A stretch of DNA of 64,000 bases from Azolla caroliniana (taxonomy: Eukaryota > Plantae > Polypodiophyta): the NCBI GenBank assembly GCA_043228905.1, contig JBHGNT010000001.1, forward strand, positions 36,890,001 to 36,954,000. The letters are read 5' to 3'. Both the position numbers and the translations under genes were made by a program. Shown piece by piece: positions 13,302-27,500 of the stretch. Every line of letters begins with the position of its first letter. Position 1 is the first letter of the stretch. Under the pieces are notes generated by a model. It ran no database searches. It was not told the origin of the DNA and worked only from the letters and a program-made list of their open reading frames with translations.

Positions 13302-14793
13302 ATTGTTAACACGTTTGCGACAAGAATGTTGATAGATTGATATAAATTTCACAAATATCAAAGAATCAAATGTAATTAAGTTGGTGTTAAATCAATGCAA
13401 CTATGATTAATTTATCAATGTAACCTCTTACTCAAACTACATAAATGGAACAATGTTTTGATAACTCCAACTTACTCATATAGTAACCTCTCCCTATCTT
13501 GATACAACACTTCATTGTTTGACCCACGAGAATCTAGACATTGGACTTATGACTCATGCCCTTGATTTGTGAGACACAGATTGGGAGTTCAATTCTAGGA
13601 AATGGCCGACGAGCCTCCATGAAGAGAAATGATCTGAATGCGTGGTATCAACAAAGCGAAACAACTATAGAGGACATAACAAGTCTTTCACAAGAACAAA
13701 TGCAGCAACAGGATCACGCAAGGACATTAGAGAACCAAGCAAAGCTTTTGGGGGGGAAAAATCGGTAGGAGGAACATATGCCGAAACATAGGAGGTGTCA
13801 AGGAAACCATGATGTCATTAAAAGCAATCGTGTCAATTGAGGAAAGAGTGGTGACAAATGGATGATGTGAAAGAATGACGCGAAAACAAGAGTGTACCCA
13901 CCTATCAACTACCTCAAAGAAAAAGATTACAAGTCACACATCACACATGCACATGCACATACACAAACAAATCCAAATACAAGAGACACATACAAACACA
14001 ACACCACATGTAGGGCAACCCAACAAAGGAAAGAAAGTAAGAAAGCCTAGGATATGTACACATATGTAATGTATTTCTCACAATTCACAGGTTCCAAAAG
14101 AAGGCTAATACTATGAATAAATACAACAGGTTCAAGAAGAAGAAGAAGGCTAATAATATGAATAAATAAAAGAGCAGGAAAAGAAGACACAAAATAAATA
14201 TTTTAACTAAAAATAGAGCCATGTACTTAAGTATGTACATAGTGTGTTATATTTTTTGTTCTGAACCCAAAAAAGCATGCGTGGATATATATATACATAC
14301 ATACATATATCTTCATTAGCATCCTTGATTACATTGAAGAAAACATGATTAGCATTCTTCATCAGAAACAGCGCATCATGGTTCTTCACTTGCCAAGCTT
14401 TTCTCACATATTTCCTCTCTAATCCAAGTGATGATGGGCGACTGCTAATCGTGTTCCTTGATCAAATATCTTGACCTAAGTTCACCTTGGTGGTATAGAA
14501 GAAAACATATTTTGCAAGCTCCATCAGAAATAGAACATCCAGATTCCTTCACGTATATTTTTCCGCTAATCCGAAGGGATGGGTTGATTGTTGATAATGC
14601 TCCTAGATCAAATTATTGACTCGGGTCCACCTTAAGTATTGTGTTTAGTCTAGAAATCTGTCTCTAGTTTCCTGCATCTTTAAATTTTCTGTCTTTTCCC
14701 TTCTTCTTCTTGAAAAACTCTTGATGGCTACGGTGATTCGTTTCTTCTTATTCTTCTAAGATTGTGTTTCTTTCTTTACATTATTGTGTGGTT

Positions 14794-17700
14794 ATGACTA
14801 CACTATCAGACCTAGCTGTTTCTGCAGCAATCAACATAAGCTCAGCATTGATATTTTTGTTGGCTTTTGCAATTCTAAAGCTGCAACCCATAAATGACAG
14901 GGTATATTACCCTAAATGGTACATAAAGGGAGTGAGAGAAGGTGAAGAAGTACGAAGAAGAGGAAGAAGAAGGACCATCTCGTCTATGGTGAACTTGGAT
15001 TGGAGAGTTTATTTGCATTTCTTGGATTGGACAAAAGAAGCTCTCAAAATGCCAGAGCAAGAACTTATTGAACATGCTGGATTGGACTCCGTTATTTATC
15101 TACGGATCTATCTCCTCGGGTGAGTAGGCACATACCATTCTGGCTGTTTTCTTTTTCCATTGTAGAACCAATGCTTGAAATTTGTGGAGAACATTGGAAC
15201 AGAAAAACGAAACAAGTCTATCTGAATAAGGTAACTGAAAGAGAACTTGTGTGCGATAACTATCTGTGCCTAAAAAATTGTCTTTACAACATTGTCATTG
15301 ACTTTGACACTTTTCCCCCTACATAAGGAGTGAACATGATATTATGATTCCCCTTTAAAAGGATATACTTAACAAACTAAAGTAAGGCACCACTTATAAC
15401 TTAACTAAAGAGGTTTCAACCTGAGGGAAGACAATTAGCATAAGGTGAATAGAAACATTGAGTAAGTTGGTAGAACCAGACCGATTCTGCCACTAAACAG
15501 AAGCTCAAGAATTATGTTAAAATGCCAATGGAGTCTTCATTACCCACTTTTAAGACTCTGACATTATAATCAAATTATGGTTGAAACTGTTGAGAAAAAA
15601 GTTAGGAAAAACAATCTAGCTGAAAGAGAATGTTGGAAATTTTCAGTCTATTCTGATTCTTTTCTTTGTTATGTTTCAATTGCAAACATTGTCTTTGACA
15701 TGTTTGAATTTTGTGGGGTGTACCTTGAGAAACTCTGAAGAAATTGAACATGATCAAATAAATCCTGAGTTTCTTCTGAAAAGATAACATTGATAAAAGT
15801 AAATACATTATACCATAGGAATGAGCATCGAAATACACTTGACAGGATATATGTGCAAGATACCCACATAATCAAGAAAGAATACCCCTTCTAATAGACT
15901 TGTTCTTATGTTGCACTAATTCGTAACAACAGAGGATAAATGTGAAAGTTTAATTGTATTCAATTCTGCACACTATATTTGCAATAAAGTTATAGCTATA
16001 TCTCTAGCTTCAAAAGTAGGGGGTAATTGTTAAAATATTTAGTGTCTTGGAAAATTGCAGGTGACGCTGTTAACGATGAAACTTAACTCCCATGACTTTC
16101 TAGGATAAGTACTTGTGTGTTTTCTTTTCTTTCTATTCTTATTCACATCATCGTGGCATTCCTCTCGTGATATAATTACAACATGAAAAGAACAGGAGAT
16201 CATATCCTTGCATCCTCAGCTAAATTGACAATCCTGTTCTCCTTTATAGGCTGAAATTATTTACTCCATTATTTATAATTGGGGCTGTTATCTTTTTTCC
16301 TGTTAATGGAACGAGCAACAATCTCAACAATCCAAACAAATTGCTCTACAATGACATTGACAAGCTATCTATCAGCAATGTGACAGATCATTCTAACAGG
16401 TGTTTTTCTGAATGTTTTCATTGAACTTTAGATTCATTTACCATTGATGTTCCGATAAACCATTTCTTACTGTTAGATATGTTTCGAAGGTTGTGGACAC
16501 ATGTATGTCTCTCATATGTATTTACTGCCTGGATATGTGGAGTGCTATATAGAGAGTATCAAAAGGTGATGTTGATGAGGTTACAGTTTAATGCTGAACC
16601 TCGTCGAAGAGTTGACCAATTTACGGTATGCAATCATGTTGACATTTTGATCTATGCATTGATATATGCGTATTCTTGTAGAAAATGATCTGATCAATGC
16701 AAGTCATGTGTATTTTGCAGGTATTAGTAAAGAATATCCCAGAAGATCCTGATGTGTCTATCAGCCTCCATGTTGAGCATTTTTTCAGGGTTAACCACCC
16801 AGACTACTACTTATCACATCAGGTCTCTACTTGTGCAATTTATTTAAAATGATAGGCGTATTCTTGGGAAGGACCACATGCAACTTCGTAAGGATTACTG
16901 AAATGATAAAATTGCAGCATAACTTCTAAAAAAATGCGTATATGAAATGTTTGCATGATTATATGATATAAACCAGTGGCTAACACTGCTGGAAGTTCTA
17001 GGTATTAGCTAAAGCAGTGTCATCTGTTTCTTGAAATTGCAAGTCATAGTTTATTCTGAGGGATATTCTTTAATAACCTGTTGGCCGTGACATCAAAATA
17101 ATTGGAACTTTTAGTATCTTAAAAATCATGTGTACTTCTATTTTCCAGTTCATGTTAAACTGTGGTCTATTCTGTTTTTTAGTTGTCCGATGTAAATGAT
17201 GGCTTTTGGATACCACACTAATCTCATAAAAGTTTTTTGGGATGAAAAATATATACATTTTATAATTCTAAATTTAAATCATTAATATTTCACTAGATCC
17301 CCAACCAGATGTCTGGTAAAGAGTGCTGGTAATAGTCTAGAAGCAACCATAAATACGCAGCTGGGCTCTCTTATAGAATAGCATGTTAAAAATCATGTGT
17401 ACTTCTATTTTCTATGTCATTTTAAGCTGTGGACTATTCTGGTTTTTGCTTGTCCAATACAAATGATGGTTTTTGGATACTATGCTAATTCCATGAAGTT
17501 TTTTGGCTTGGAAAGTATATAAATTGATAATTCTAATTTAAATCAATAATGTTGGAAAAGTTCTAGATGTCTGGTAATAGTCTCAAGAATCAGTAGCCCA
17601 CCCTTAAATACCCAGCTGGACTCTCTTACAGAAGAATCAATGGATAAATAGGATATTATTTAGACCTTTCTCACTATTTAGTGTGATATTAGAACCAGTA

Positions 17701-20700
17701 ATCAGAACACTCATTCTTGCCATAATTTATATTCTTTACAGCATAGTTGTGAATTTAAAGTCTTCTCTTTATTGCTCGTGCAGATTGTTTGTAATGCCAA
17801 TCAGCTTGCAAAGCTTGTAAAAAAGAAGGAAAAGTTACAAAACTGGATGGACTATTATCAGATAAAGTATCTAAAACATCCAGAAACTCTTCCAACTCTG
17901 AAGGTAAAAAAAACATTCATATTTGCTGAATGTAACATCATCATTGTAGAAATAATATCAAAACATTTTTTAAACGCATTTTCTTTGTGTTTTTTAGAAA
18001 GGTTTCCTTGGATTATGGGGAGAGAAAGTAGATGCTATAAATCACTACACAAAAGAAATTGAGAAAATCACAGAAGAGGCAAGTTACTCATAATACTGCT
18101 CCTGTCTGTGATAACCTGTAACTACAGCATCGTTACTTATTTCAAGATGGCTGAGTGCTTTAAAATGTGTCTGCAAACAGATAAAGAAAGAGCGTGCTCG
18201 AATTTTAGATGACCCGAAGGCATTGCTTCCGGTTGCATTTGTATCATTCAAAGGAAGATGGGGGGCTGCTGTTGCTGCTCAAACTCAACAAACAAAGAAT
18301 CCTACTGTTTGGTTAACAGAATGGGCACCTGAACCACGAGATGTGTATTGGCGTAACCTTGCCATCCCTTTTGTGGAAATCACTATCCGGAAGCTGCTTG
18401 TTTCAATGGTTTTCTTTTTCTTGCTATTGTTCTTCATGATACCCATCAGTTTTGTCAATAGTTTGGCAAACCTAAATGGGTTGTCAAAGACATTTCCAAT
18501 CTTGAAACCAGTGCTGAATTTGTAAGAGTAATAAAATAAAATTGCTATTTTTCATTGAGTTGCAAATTATGCCTACATATAACCTAAATTTGGTTTCAGC
18601 TGGGATAGTTTATTTATTTTGATCTTGAAAAATTTCTCTCAACTCTATTTTCAGGCGTTTCATCAGCTCTTTTCTTCAAGGCTTTCTTCCTGGATTGGCA
18701 TTGAAGATATTTCTTCTAGTTCTCCCAATGGCTTTGATGTTTATGGCTAAAATTGAGGGGTATACATCACTGTCATCATTGGAAAGAAGGTCTGCAGCAA
18801 AGTACTTCATCTTTCTGGTTGTTGCAGTGTTTTTTGGCAGTATTTTTACTGGAACAGCATCTGAACAGCTCCACCATTTCCTCAATGAACCACCATCAGA
18901 GTATGGAAATCTTAAAAATCTGTTTTTACTATATAATATAGTTTTTTATATTAATATTTTTGTCTGATGGGTAGGTACATTTATGCCCATATTATTCTTG
19001 GATAAATGAACTTTTGGAATATATACTCTAGTTGTGGCAGTGTGAAACATGTGTAGCTCTGTGAAGCAAGTTCAGGTCATTGATTTCTCTTCCATAAGAA
19101 AGTACGAAAGCTTTTTAGGATCATTTTGATAGCCTCTTATCAGCAAATATTCACTATTGGGGAATGGCTGAGAACTTTTTTATTGGCCTGATTTGCTTTA
19201 TGACCAGTATTTAATATCTTGATTTCTCTTCCATAAGAAAGTACGAAAGCTTTTTAGGATCATTTTGATAGCCTCTTATCAGCAAATATTCACTATTGGG
19301 GAATGGCTGAGAACTTTTTTATTGGCCTGATTTGCTTTATGACCAGTATTTAATATCTTGATTTCTCTTCCATAAGAAAGTATGAAAGCTTTTTAGGATC
19401 ATTTTGATAGCCTCTTATCAGCAAATATTCACTATTGGGGAATGGCTGAGAACTTTTTTATTGGCCTGATTTGCTTTATGACCAGTATTTAATATCTTGA
19501 TTTCTCTTCCATAAGAAAGTACGAAAGCTTTTTAGGATCATTTTGATAGCCTCTTATCAGCAAATATTCACTATTGGGGAATGGCTGAGAACTTTTTTAT
19601 TGGCCTGATTTGCTTTATGACCAGTATTTAATATCTTGATTTCTCTTCCATAAGAAAGTATGAAAGCTTTTTAGGATCATTTTGATAGCCTCTTATCAGC
19701 AAATATTCACTATTGGGGAATGGCTGAGAACTTTTTTATTGGCCTGATTTGCTTTATGACCAGTATTTAATATCTTGATTTCTCTTCCATAAGAAAGTAC
19801 GAAAGCTTTTTAGGATCATTTTGATAGCCTCTTATCAGCAAATATTCACTATTGGGGAATGGCTGAGAACTTTTTTATTGGCCTGATTTGCTTTATGACC
19901 AGTATTTAATATCTTGTCTATAAAAAAAGCAATGATATGATATGATTCAAACTACAAATCCTCGCAATGAAAAATACTCCTTTTTTAGAATAGAATAAGC
20001 ATTTTTATCAACGATAACAGCAATTGATGATCTTAAAAGGGACCTTGTTTTAGGGTCTTTCACATTAGTTAGCTATCATAATTTTCCTCATATGTTTCTC
20101 TTCTCTTTTCTTGAAAATTTGTGCGTCTTTCCTAACATTTCCATTGTTTTGAGTTTATGTACACTTTCCTCAATGACACATTTTATTTTATGGTAGAAAA
20201 TATATTTTGTTTATGAACTTTCCAAAAAATTAGAAATTGAAACACCATTCTGATTTATCCTATCTAAATAAAAATGCAGGATTCCCAATTTAATTGGCGA
20301 TTCTGTTGCACAGAAGGCATTGTTTTTTGTGACATATATAATGATTGATGGATGGGCGGGCATTGCAGCCGAAATACTTCGGTTAAGACCCCTCATTGTC
20401 TTCCATCTATGGAATGCTTTCTTTGTGAAAACAGATAAGGATAGAGATAAAGCCATGGACCCAGGCAGTATTTGTTTGAATCAATCAATTCCTAAAATAG
20501 AGCTTTACTTCTTGTTTGGCATTGTGTATGCCGAAATAGCTCCGATTCTTCTTCCATTTATTATTATCTACTTTGCATTTGCTTATTTGGTCTACCGGAA
20601 TCAGGTAATAATGTTTGTCCTATGTTTCTCACTTAAATATCTTTATATTAGATAATTGTGATACATCCTAAAAGAAACTCAAGTTTATCGGCCATTCTAA

Positions 20701-23223
20701 TTTCAACTAAAATTTGGATGGGCTAGGCAATTTCAGAATTTTGTCAGTATTTATCCCAAAGAAACTTGAGTTTATCAGCCTTTCTAATTACCACGAGAGT
20801 ATTGTTATTTTCCTTCCAGAATTTTTCCAGCAAATTGTAATACATAGTATAGATTTATTTAAAAGAAATCCTGCAAAGATTTCAGCTAATCATAATACAA
20901 TATTAGCTGATATGGCGCATGCCCACTGTAAATGAGATTTTTGGGGACTTTCATGTATTAAAATTGGGTGGAAGAACCCTAGGCCATCTTTGGAGAAACG
21001 TCCCTGTAGCTACCAGAGAGGATTTGGAGGCTTGTGTGCAAGCCTGTAACGAAGTTCGCAATCTTGCTCATGAAAGTAACAAGATTATATGTGAGGCTAG
21101 CAAGTGGAGTCCCACAGGAACTGCTGTGTCCAAAGTATGGAAAGAGATCAAATTAAAGTTTGACACAGTCAATACTCTAATCAATTTTCATAATACATCA
21201 GTACCACTAAGTGATCCTGTGGGACCCACAGAATGGGCAGGAGATATTCGGTAGAGAATCTATCTTTTCTGTACCCATATAAATCTACTTGGATTTTATC
21301 GGCTTCATTGTCCAGGGTCACTGTTCCCTGGGATTGTCTTCAACCTCTTCTTCCATAGCTTAGATAAAAGGCGGAGAGGGCTCCTTCCCAGAGGGGACTG
21401 AGCCATCACTGAGAGACCACTCTCAGTGAATTATCTATTGCGTAAAATCTAAATACTTTTTGGGTTGTTCAAGCCATATGTGGTAGGAAACTCTTTAAAT
21501 TCGGTTCTGACCAAGGGGAACAGGATATTCAAGGGACTACTAATGATTCTGATTCTGAGGTGAGCCCACTCATTCCTTGTAATGCTATAGATGCGAATGG
21601 AAAGATAGTAAACGTTGTAAATAATCTAGCCATTCATCCTAGTTGATCCAAAAAAGAGTAGGGGCTCTATTGTATATAGAGCAACCTTTAGAAAGGAAAT
21701 GTCTGTACTTATCAAACCACGGAAGATCTTTTGCAATATATGGCTCTGTTAATATCCATGTTTGTTGAAGAACCAATTCCTATTGTTACAAAGCCCATGT
21801 CACTGAGAATATGCTATTGTCCTACTCTCTTCCTTGGGGCTCGTACTGCTGGCGTCTAGCCAGAGGTGTAAGCTACCGTCTTTCAGACCTACTCAGATGA
21901 TTCGACCATGGAGGCCGATGATACAATGACACTTGTGACTCTTCCAAACACGGGTTAGAATTTTTATTTTACTACGCTTTCTGAGGGAGCAAATATTTCC
22001 GAATTGAGTGGTGTCAAAAATATAATTGATCTTTAAAAAATAAAAATGTGGATATTTATCGTTCTACCCAAATTCTGACTTGAAATTATGATGATCATAG
22101 AGATGCTATTAAAATTCGTTACTTGTAGATTAATGTTAAATTAGTGTTGAACCTTTGGGCTAATATAATGTCAAAACAAATTGTCTATTTAAAAGGTTTG
22201 GGTTATTAAAATGTTAACGCAATGTATATGGAAAGATCCATAAGATCATATTTTGAAGTTGTCTTCGCCCAATATTTTTCAGATTATAAATGTATATGAG
22301 CAAAATTACGAGAGTGCAGGTGCCTTTTGGCCACATCTACACACCCGTATTATGGCATGCCTGATTGTGCAACAAATATCTATGATAGGCATATTAGCGA
22401 CAAAGGAAGCTACAAACTCTACACCAATTTTACTTTTGTTGCCGGTCTTAACAATTGCATTTCATATGTATTGCAAGAGTCGATTTGAACCCGCATTTCG
22501 GAAGTACCCATTGGAAGTGAGTATTCATATTCTCTTATTTTCCTGGTATCTATGATTGACGATTTGGGTGAATTTACTGGCATATGGATGTGAACAATTC
22601 CCTGCTTTTCTCTAAGTATATTTGGAATTATGTGCTCTATTGTGCTATGACATGTCATTGATGATTGAGGTGGGTTTACTTGGCAATGTAGCTAGGATGA
22701 TGATTAACGTAGCATGTGAATGCTATGTTGCTAATGATTAATGTAGCATATGAATGTCATGTAGCTAATGATCCAATTGTTGTGGAATGGGGAAAACATC
22801 ACTTGGGCGCCATAATCTAATTTTGACTTGGGTATTCTACCGATTGTGGGGTGTTGGTATCTATATGCTATTCTAGTTTAGTCAAATAATCTTGGCATTA
22901 TATTGTTTCTTATTTTATCAATGCCATTTATATGCTTATGGTATTTGAAAACCATTTTGGTATGTTTGTAGGAGGCGATGGCAAAGGACACCTTGGAGAG
23001 AGCAACTGAACCTAATCTTAACCTAAAGTACTACTTGAAAGATTCTTATTTGCATCCTGTCTTTAAAGAAGAGGATGAAAGTAATGATGATTGGGCTGAG
23101 GATCCGTCATTAGTACCAGTCAAAAACCTCCGAATAGAGAGCACTACTGTCTCCAGCATAAGTGGAGAGCAACAGAAAATGAAATCTCTCTCAATGGAGA
23201 GGTTTCTTCGAGATTATGACTAG
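14794..23223 (+). CDS. OSCA1/CSC1-like (ERD4/TMEM63 family) hyperosmolality-gated channel, 11 exons
   Basis: [15 protein letters not shown]...[112 protein letters not shown]. Approximate exons: 14794-15119, 16250-16399, 16490-16624, 16721-16822, 17784-17903, 17998-18078, 18181-18521, 18655-18900, 20280-20604, 22282-22516, 22972-23223. Confidence 0.95.
17119..17635. repeat. Diverged ~267-bp tandem duplication in OSCA intron 4
   Basis: aaaaatcatgtgtacttctatttt at 17121 and 17388, followed by collinear similar blocks (aaatgatgg..ttttggatac, gatgtctggtaa, cagctgg..tctctta). Confidence 0.8.
19081..19915. repeat. Tandem array, 6 x 139 bp, in OSCA intron 8
   Basis: Unit starts TGATTTCTCTTCCATAAG at 19081, 19220, 19359, 19498, 19637 and 19776. 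Copies are near-identical. Confidence 0.97.
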
Positions 23224-24533
23224 CTTTGTTGTCAATAAATGATCATGTTTTGGATATGTAATTGATTACAGATACTAACTACCATACCTTATTGATAGCT
23301 AGGAAGAGTTGTGTGTACATAGTGCGGTAAGGCCTGATTTGTACAATAGCTTATCTATTATGTAAAATTTTGTAACTACTGATGTTTGTATCTTCGCAAC
23401 CACCGTTAGAAGTCCTCCATGTATGCCTTCTGGTTTTCTTTGTTTTAGATTAGATTCATGTATGCCTTCTGTTTGTCAACCTCAATATTAGATCGATATT
23501 AAAGTTTTGGCAAAATCATTCATAGGAATTGACCAACTGTGATTGAGTTCATGCAAAGCCACATGGAACCTAAAGTCTTTGAATGTCTTCTTTTGGTTTG
23601 ACAAACCTGAAAATTAGATCAATACCAAATTTCTGGCAAATCATTCATAGGAATTGACCAAGTGCAAACGTCTCCACATAAAGCCACATGGAACCTAGAG
23701 TCTTGGAATGTCTGTTTGGTACAAGGAAAATTCAAATGTAGGTGATAAAATTACAAAATTGGAGATAGAGACATGATATAAAAGGGTTTGGATGATGAAT
23801 CATTAACTAGTACCACTTGGATTATGCCACTTGATTCAGCAATCAAGCAACTCAACTCGCTAATAAACCAATAGGATTCATCTAAGCTTCCATAAGATGG
23901 ATATGAAGAAGTCATTACATCACATCCATGTCACAGATCTTAACATGGATTAGACGTATCATAGTATAACTTGATTTGTACTGGTTTGAAGTTGGATTCC
24001 TAACCATGGATACAAGTTGACTTTGAAGCATCTTAGTAAAACTTGACTTGTACAGAGATAAAACAAAAGAAATGAAAACAAAACATAAACTTGCTTCATA
24101 CTGAGATAAAAATATAAATTCAATGGAAACAAAACATATGAATTGGATCACAAGTTGAATTTGAACAATCCTGATAAAACTTGACTTTTACAGAGATAAA
24201 ACAAAATTCAAATGAGAACAAAACATATCTATAGTCGGGTAACAGGTGACAAGTTTCGCAAGCTAAAACAAAATTCAAATGAGAACAATACCTATCAATA
24301 GTCAGGTAACAGGTGACAAGTTTCACTAGCTATAATAATTTGAAGTGGTTATTGAAAACAATTCCTTGCATAGCCACAACATCACATACAAAGTAAACCA
24401 ACCGGATGCCAGAAGGAAGTCTTGAGATTATACTTCTTAAGATACTTCTGACACCAGCTTTAACATGGTAATTTGAGGGAATTTATTATTGAAACTGTCT
24501 ACAAGAAATAAAAATACAGATGATAGGATTTGC

Positions 24534-27500
24534 CTATGTAGGCACTCTATATAGGGGATCGATCATCTTCAATATAAAGAGATTGCCCTTGTCTCCCCTT
24601 GAAATTCTGCAAGTAATAATTAAATTTACCCTTGTAATTAGTAAGCATCCTCTCTCTCTCTCTCTCTCTCTATAATAAACTTACCCTACTGGTAAGCAAT
24701 TGAACTACGAACACAAGTGCTTGTGTTCAAAGCTCAATTCTTCAGACATCTTTAACCTATATTTTCCCCTAATTTACTAGTAGCCACTGCAGAATATAGG
24801 GGTTAATTGGGTGACCTGCTCTCTGATGGACAATCTTACTAACTGTGCTATTGCATCTGTCAGTGCTCTCTCTCTCTCTCCTCTAATGTTTTGCTTTACA
24901 TGTATCATATTCCCAACGTTTTGCTTTATGTACAAAACAAAACGTTGGGAATATGACACATGAGAACGTATGGAAATACAAATGCACATTAACTTTTGTA
25001 TGTCTCCCTATGGTCATAGGTCATATTTGAGCTCCACGAGAATGATAAAATCCTAACTATGTGACAGCATCTACATTGTAATTATTTATGTTATTTTCTT
25101 GAAGAAAGAATATTTAGTTCAAAAGATACCTCAATTCTTCATCCAAGTAAGTTATTTCTAATTCCCCTCGTGCACGTTCAGGAGCCTTGATACTTATCTG
25201 CAAAGAAAACACTCATATAGCTTCAAATGCATCGATTAGATACATAATATACACATAAACAGATATATGACAGTTTCATTCTCTGGGAGTATGAAGAATA
25301 TATGTTTTTTGAAGAGAGCATGACAAGGAAAACTACAGATTTGTTTAAGCTCTACTACTGGAGTTCATGTATGGACTAGGATGTGCTAGACTATGTGCCT
25401 TGTAAGACCTGTAACTATGACAGAGTTCGTTATCCTGGATTGTAGCAACCTTTTTGCTTTCTAGACAGGAAATGGCCAAGTGTATCCATGAATTTTGTTG
25501 TGGATTGCCTCTTACTCAACATAAACACAACATGACGTTGTGGTGGTCCAAATACTTGTGGCCTACAGCATGGCACATTGTTATTGCCAGATCTATTTGT
25601 AACCCCTTTTGAGTGTTTTGGTCAAGATGTCAATTGTGTAGTCCTTGACTGATTCATTGCACATGCAGGAGTGCTGGAGCTAAAGAAAGTCATGATTGTA
25701 TTGCTGTCCTTCAACACCTTCTCTCTAGGTCTCTGGATTTCTTTCGTGAAGAGTTCCAAACCCCATTGGTCTTTGTATTCTATGACCTTGCACATGAGGG
25801 CCAAAGCCTTGTTTGAAGAGGCAATGGTTTGATAGAGAGAGAGAGAGAGAGAGAGAATGGTAACAGTCTCACAAGTTACTTTGTAATGCATGTTATTTTG
25901 TTTCTTCCCACGTTCTATTGTATCATGATCATATTGAAATGAGTTTATTTAGTTGTCTCTGCACACTGAAATCCAATAAAAATGAGTAGAAGTTCATGCA
26001 CCATCTCTGTTATTCTTCCCTATTTAATCGCTCAGGTAGTATAAATCAAGAAAATGTGTTACCAGTCCAGCAATCTTGAAAACATCGAATTTCACAGCCA
26101 CTCTCCTGCCAGTTAAGGGGTTCAAATTTGCAGTAACCTATATCAAATGGAAATGCATATCATTTGAATGTGCATAAACACAAGTGGACAATGTTCAAGA
26201 TAGCAATAAAATGCAAGTGATTAGAATACCTGGTTGAAGAATGGCCATGTCTCAATATTCTGTGCTCTTAAAGTATCATTATTGATAGCTTGGAAGATCG
26301 GTCCACTGGGCCTCAAAAGTTTTGGCCTCTGTATCGTCCACATAAGACAAAAACTCAATATAGCTTATCAAAGAGTCAAAGCAGTTTAATATCGCTTATC
26401 AAAGAATCAAAGATAGCTTATCGAAGACTCAAAGATAGCTTACCACAGACTCAAAGAAAGCTTACAAATGTATCGAGAAGAGGCAACGACCATTTGCTTT
26501 AAGTTTACAGACTGTTCACCTGCTTTTTCAGAACAGACTCTGAGGTTGTGTAAAGAAGCTCCCATTTCCCATTAATGAGAGGAGATTTGACTGTCTCTTT
26601 TACAAGATTAAGAGTTTCTAGGTTCTGTGCAAGCTGCAAACGTGTTTGAGTTGTTAGAATGAATTATGCAACCCAAATCAAGCTTGAACTAATAAATTGA
26701 TGCCATGAGCTTCCTTCTATTTAAACTAGAAGGTAATAAAACTTTAAATCCAATTGTTCACTGACATAAAGAACATAAATATCGAGATTTAAAGCCTTAA
26801 GAGTTTTATCTGCCAATGCAGAAAACCGTCTAGCGAGGTAAATTTTGTCACTGAGATTGTTGTTCTATCTGGGCCTTCTTGCTCTCTGGAGCCAAGTGAA
26901 GCGCAGTGATCATTGGAATGCAAGGCATGAACATGACATAAGGGACGGCTGAATCAATTTCGAACCAAAGGTTGGTTCTCTGGCCATATGCACCGGTTCA
27001 TCACAACAGTTCGAGTGCGAAAAAAAACTAAAAGCAGAAGCTAGACAATTGCTAGCAGCCTAAACGAGGCTTATTATTGTTTTCAACATGCCAAAATGTT
27101 GCTAAAAAGATTTTCAACAATGTTTTCCTTGATAAAACCTTAATCTTAGAATTGCCTCCATTCATGTTTTTCTTTCATAATGCTAATGCAACGAACAAAC
27201 TTTGCCTGCTAATGGTGTTTGATTGTTAAGAGAGAAAAGGTTACCTATGATTTGCATATAAACTTGTTAAACAGTAGAAACATTTTTCAACCATTCTTTC
27301 CTTCAAAATGCAAAAAAGAAACAAAACCTTTTCCACATTTAGAGCGTAGTAAAGAGCGGTTGCATAAAACCTAGCCTTAACATTGTTTCCAACTATCTTT
27401 ATTTGAAGATACTAACAGAACATAGTGCCTGATGTCTTTTTGTCATTCATGTGTTGTTTTCTTCAAAATGTTAACAGAAACGCCTGAGAAAGACCGTTTG

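Noticed and set aside
13500-13900. Possible gag remnant (ORF 13556-13768)
   Set aside because: No diagnostic motif; not supportable.
19081-19915. CRISPR-like array
   Set aside because: Units are contiguous near-identical 139-mers with no unique spacers, in a plant intron with no cas genes.
23788-23885. C/D snoRNA or miRNA-like sequence (ATGATGA, short inverted GATGAATC/GATTCATC)
   Set aside because: No terminal CTGA box, no recognisable rRNA guide and no extended stem.
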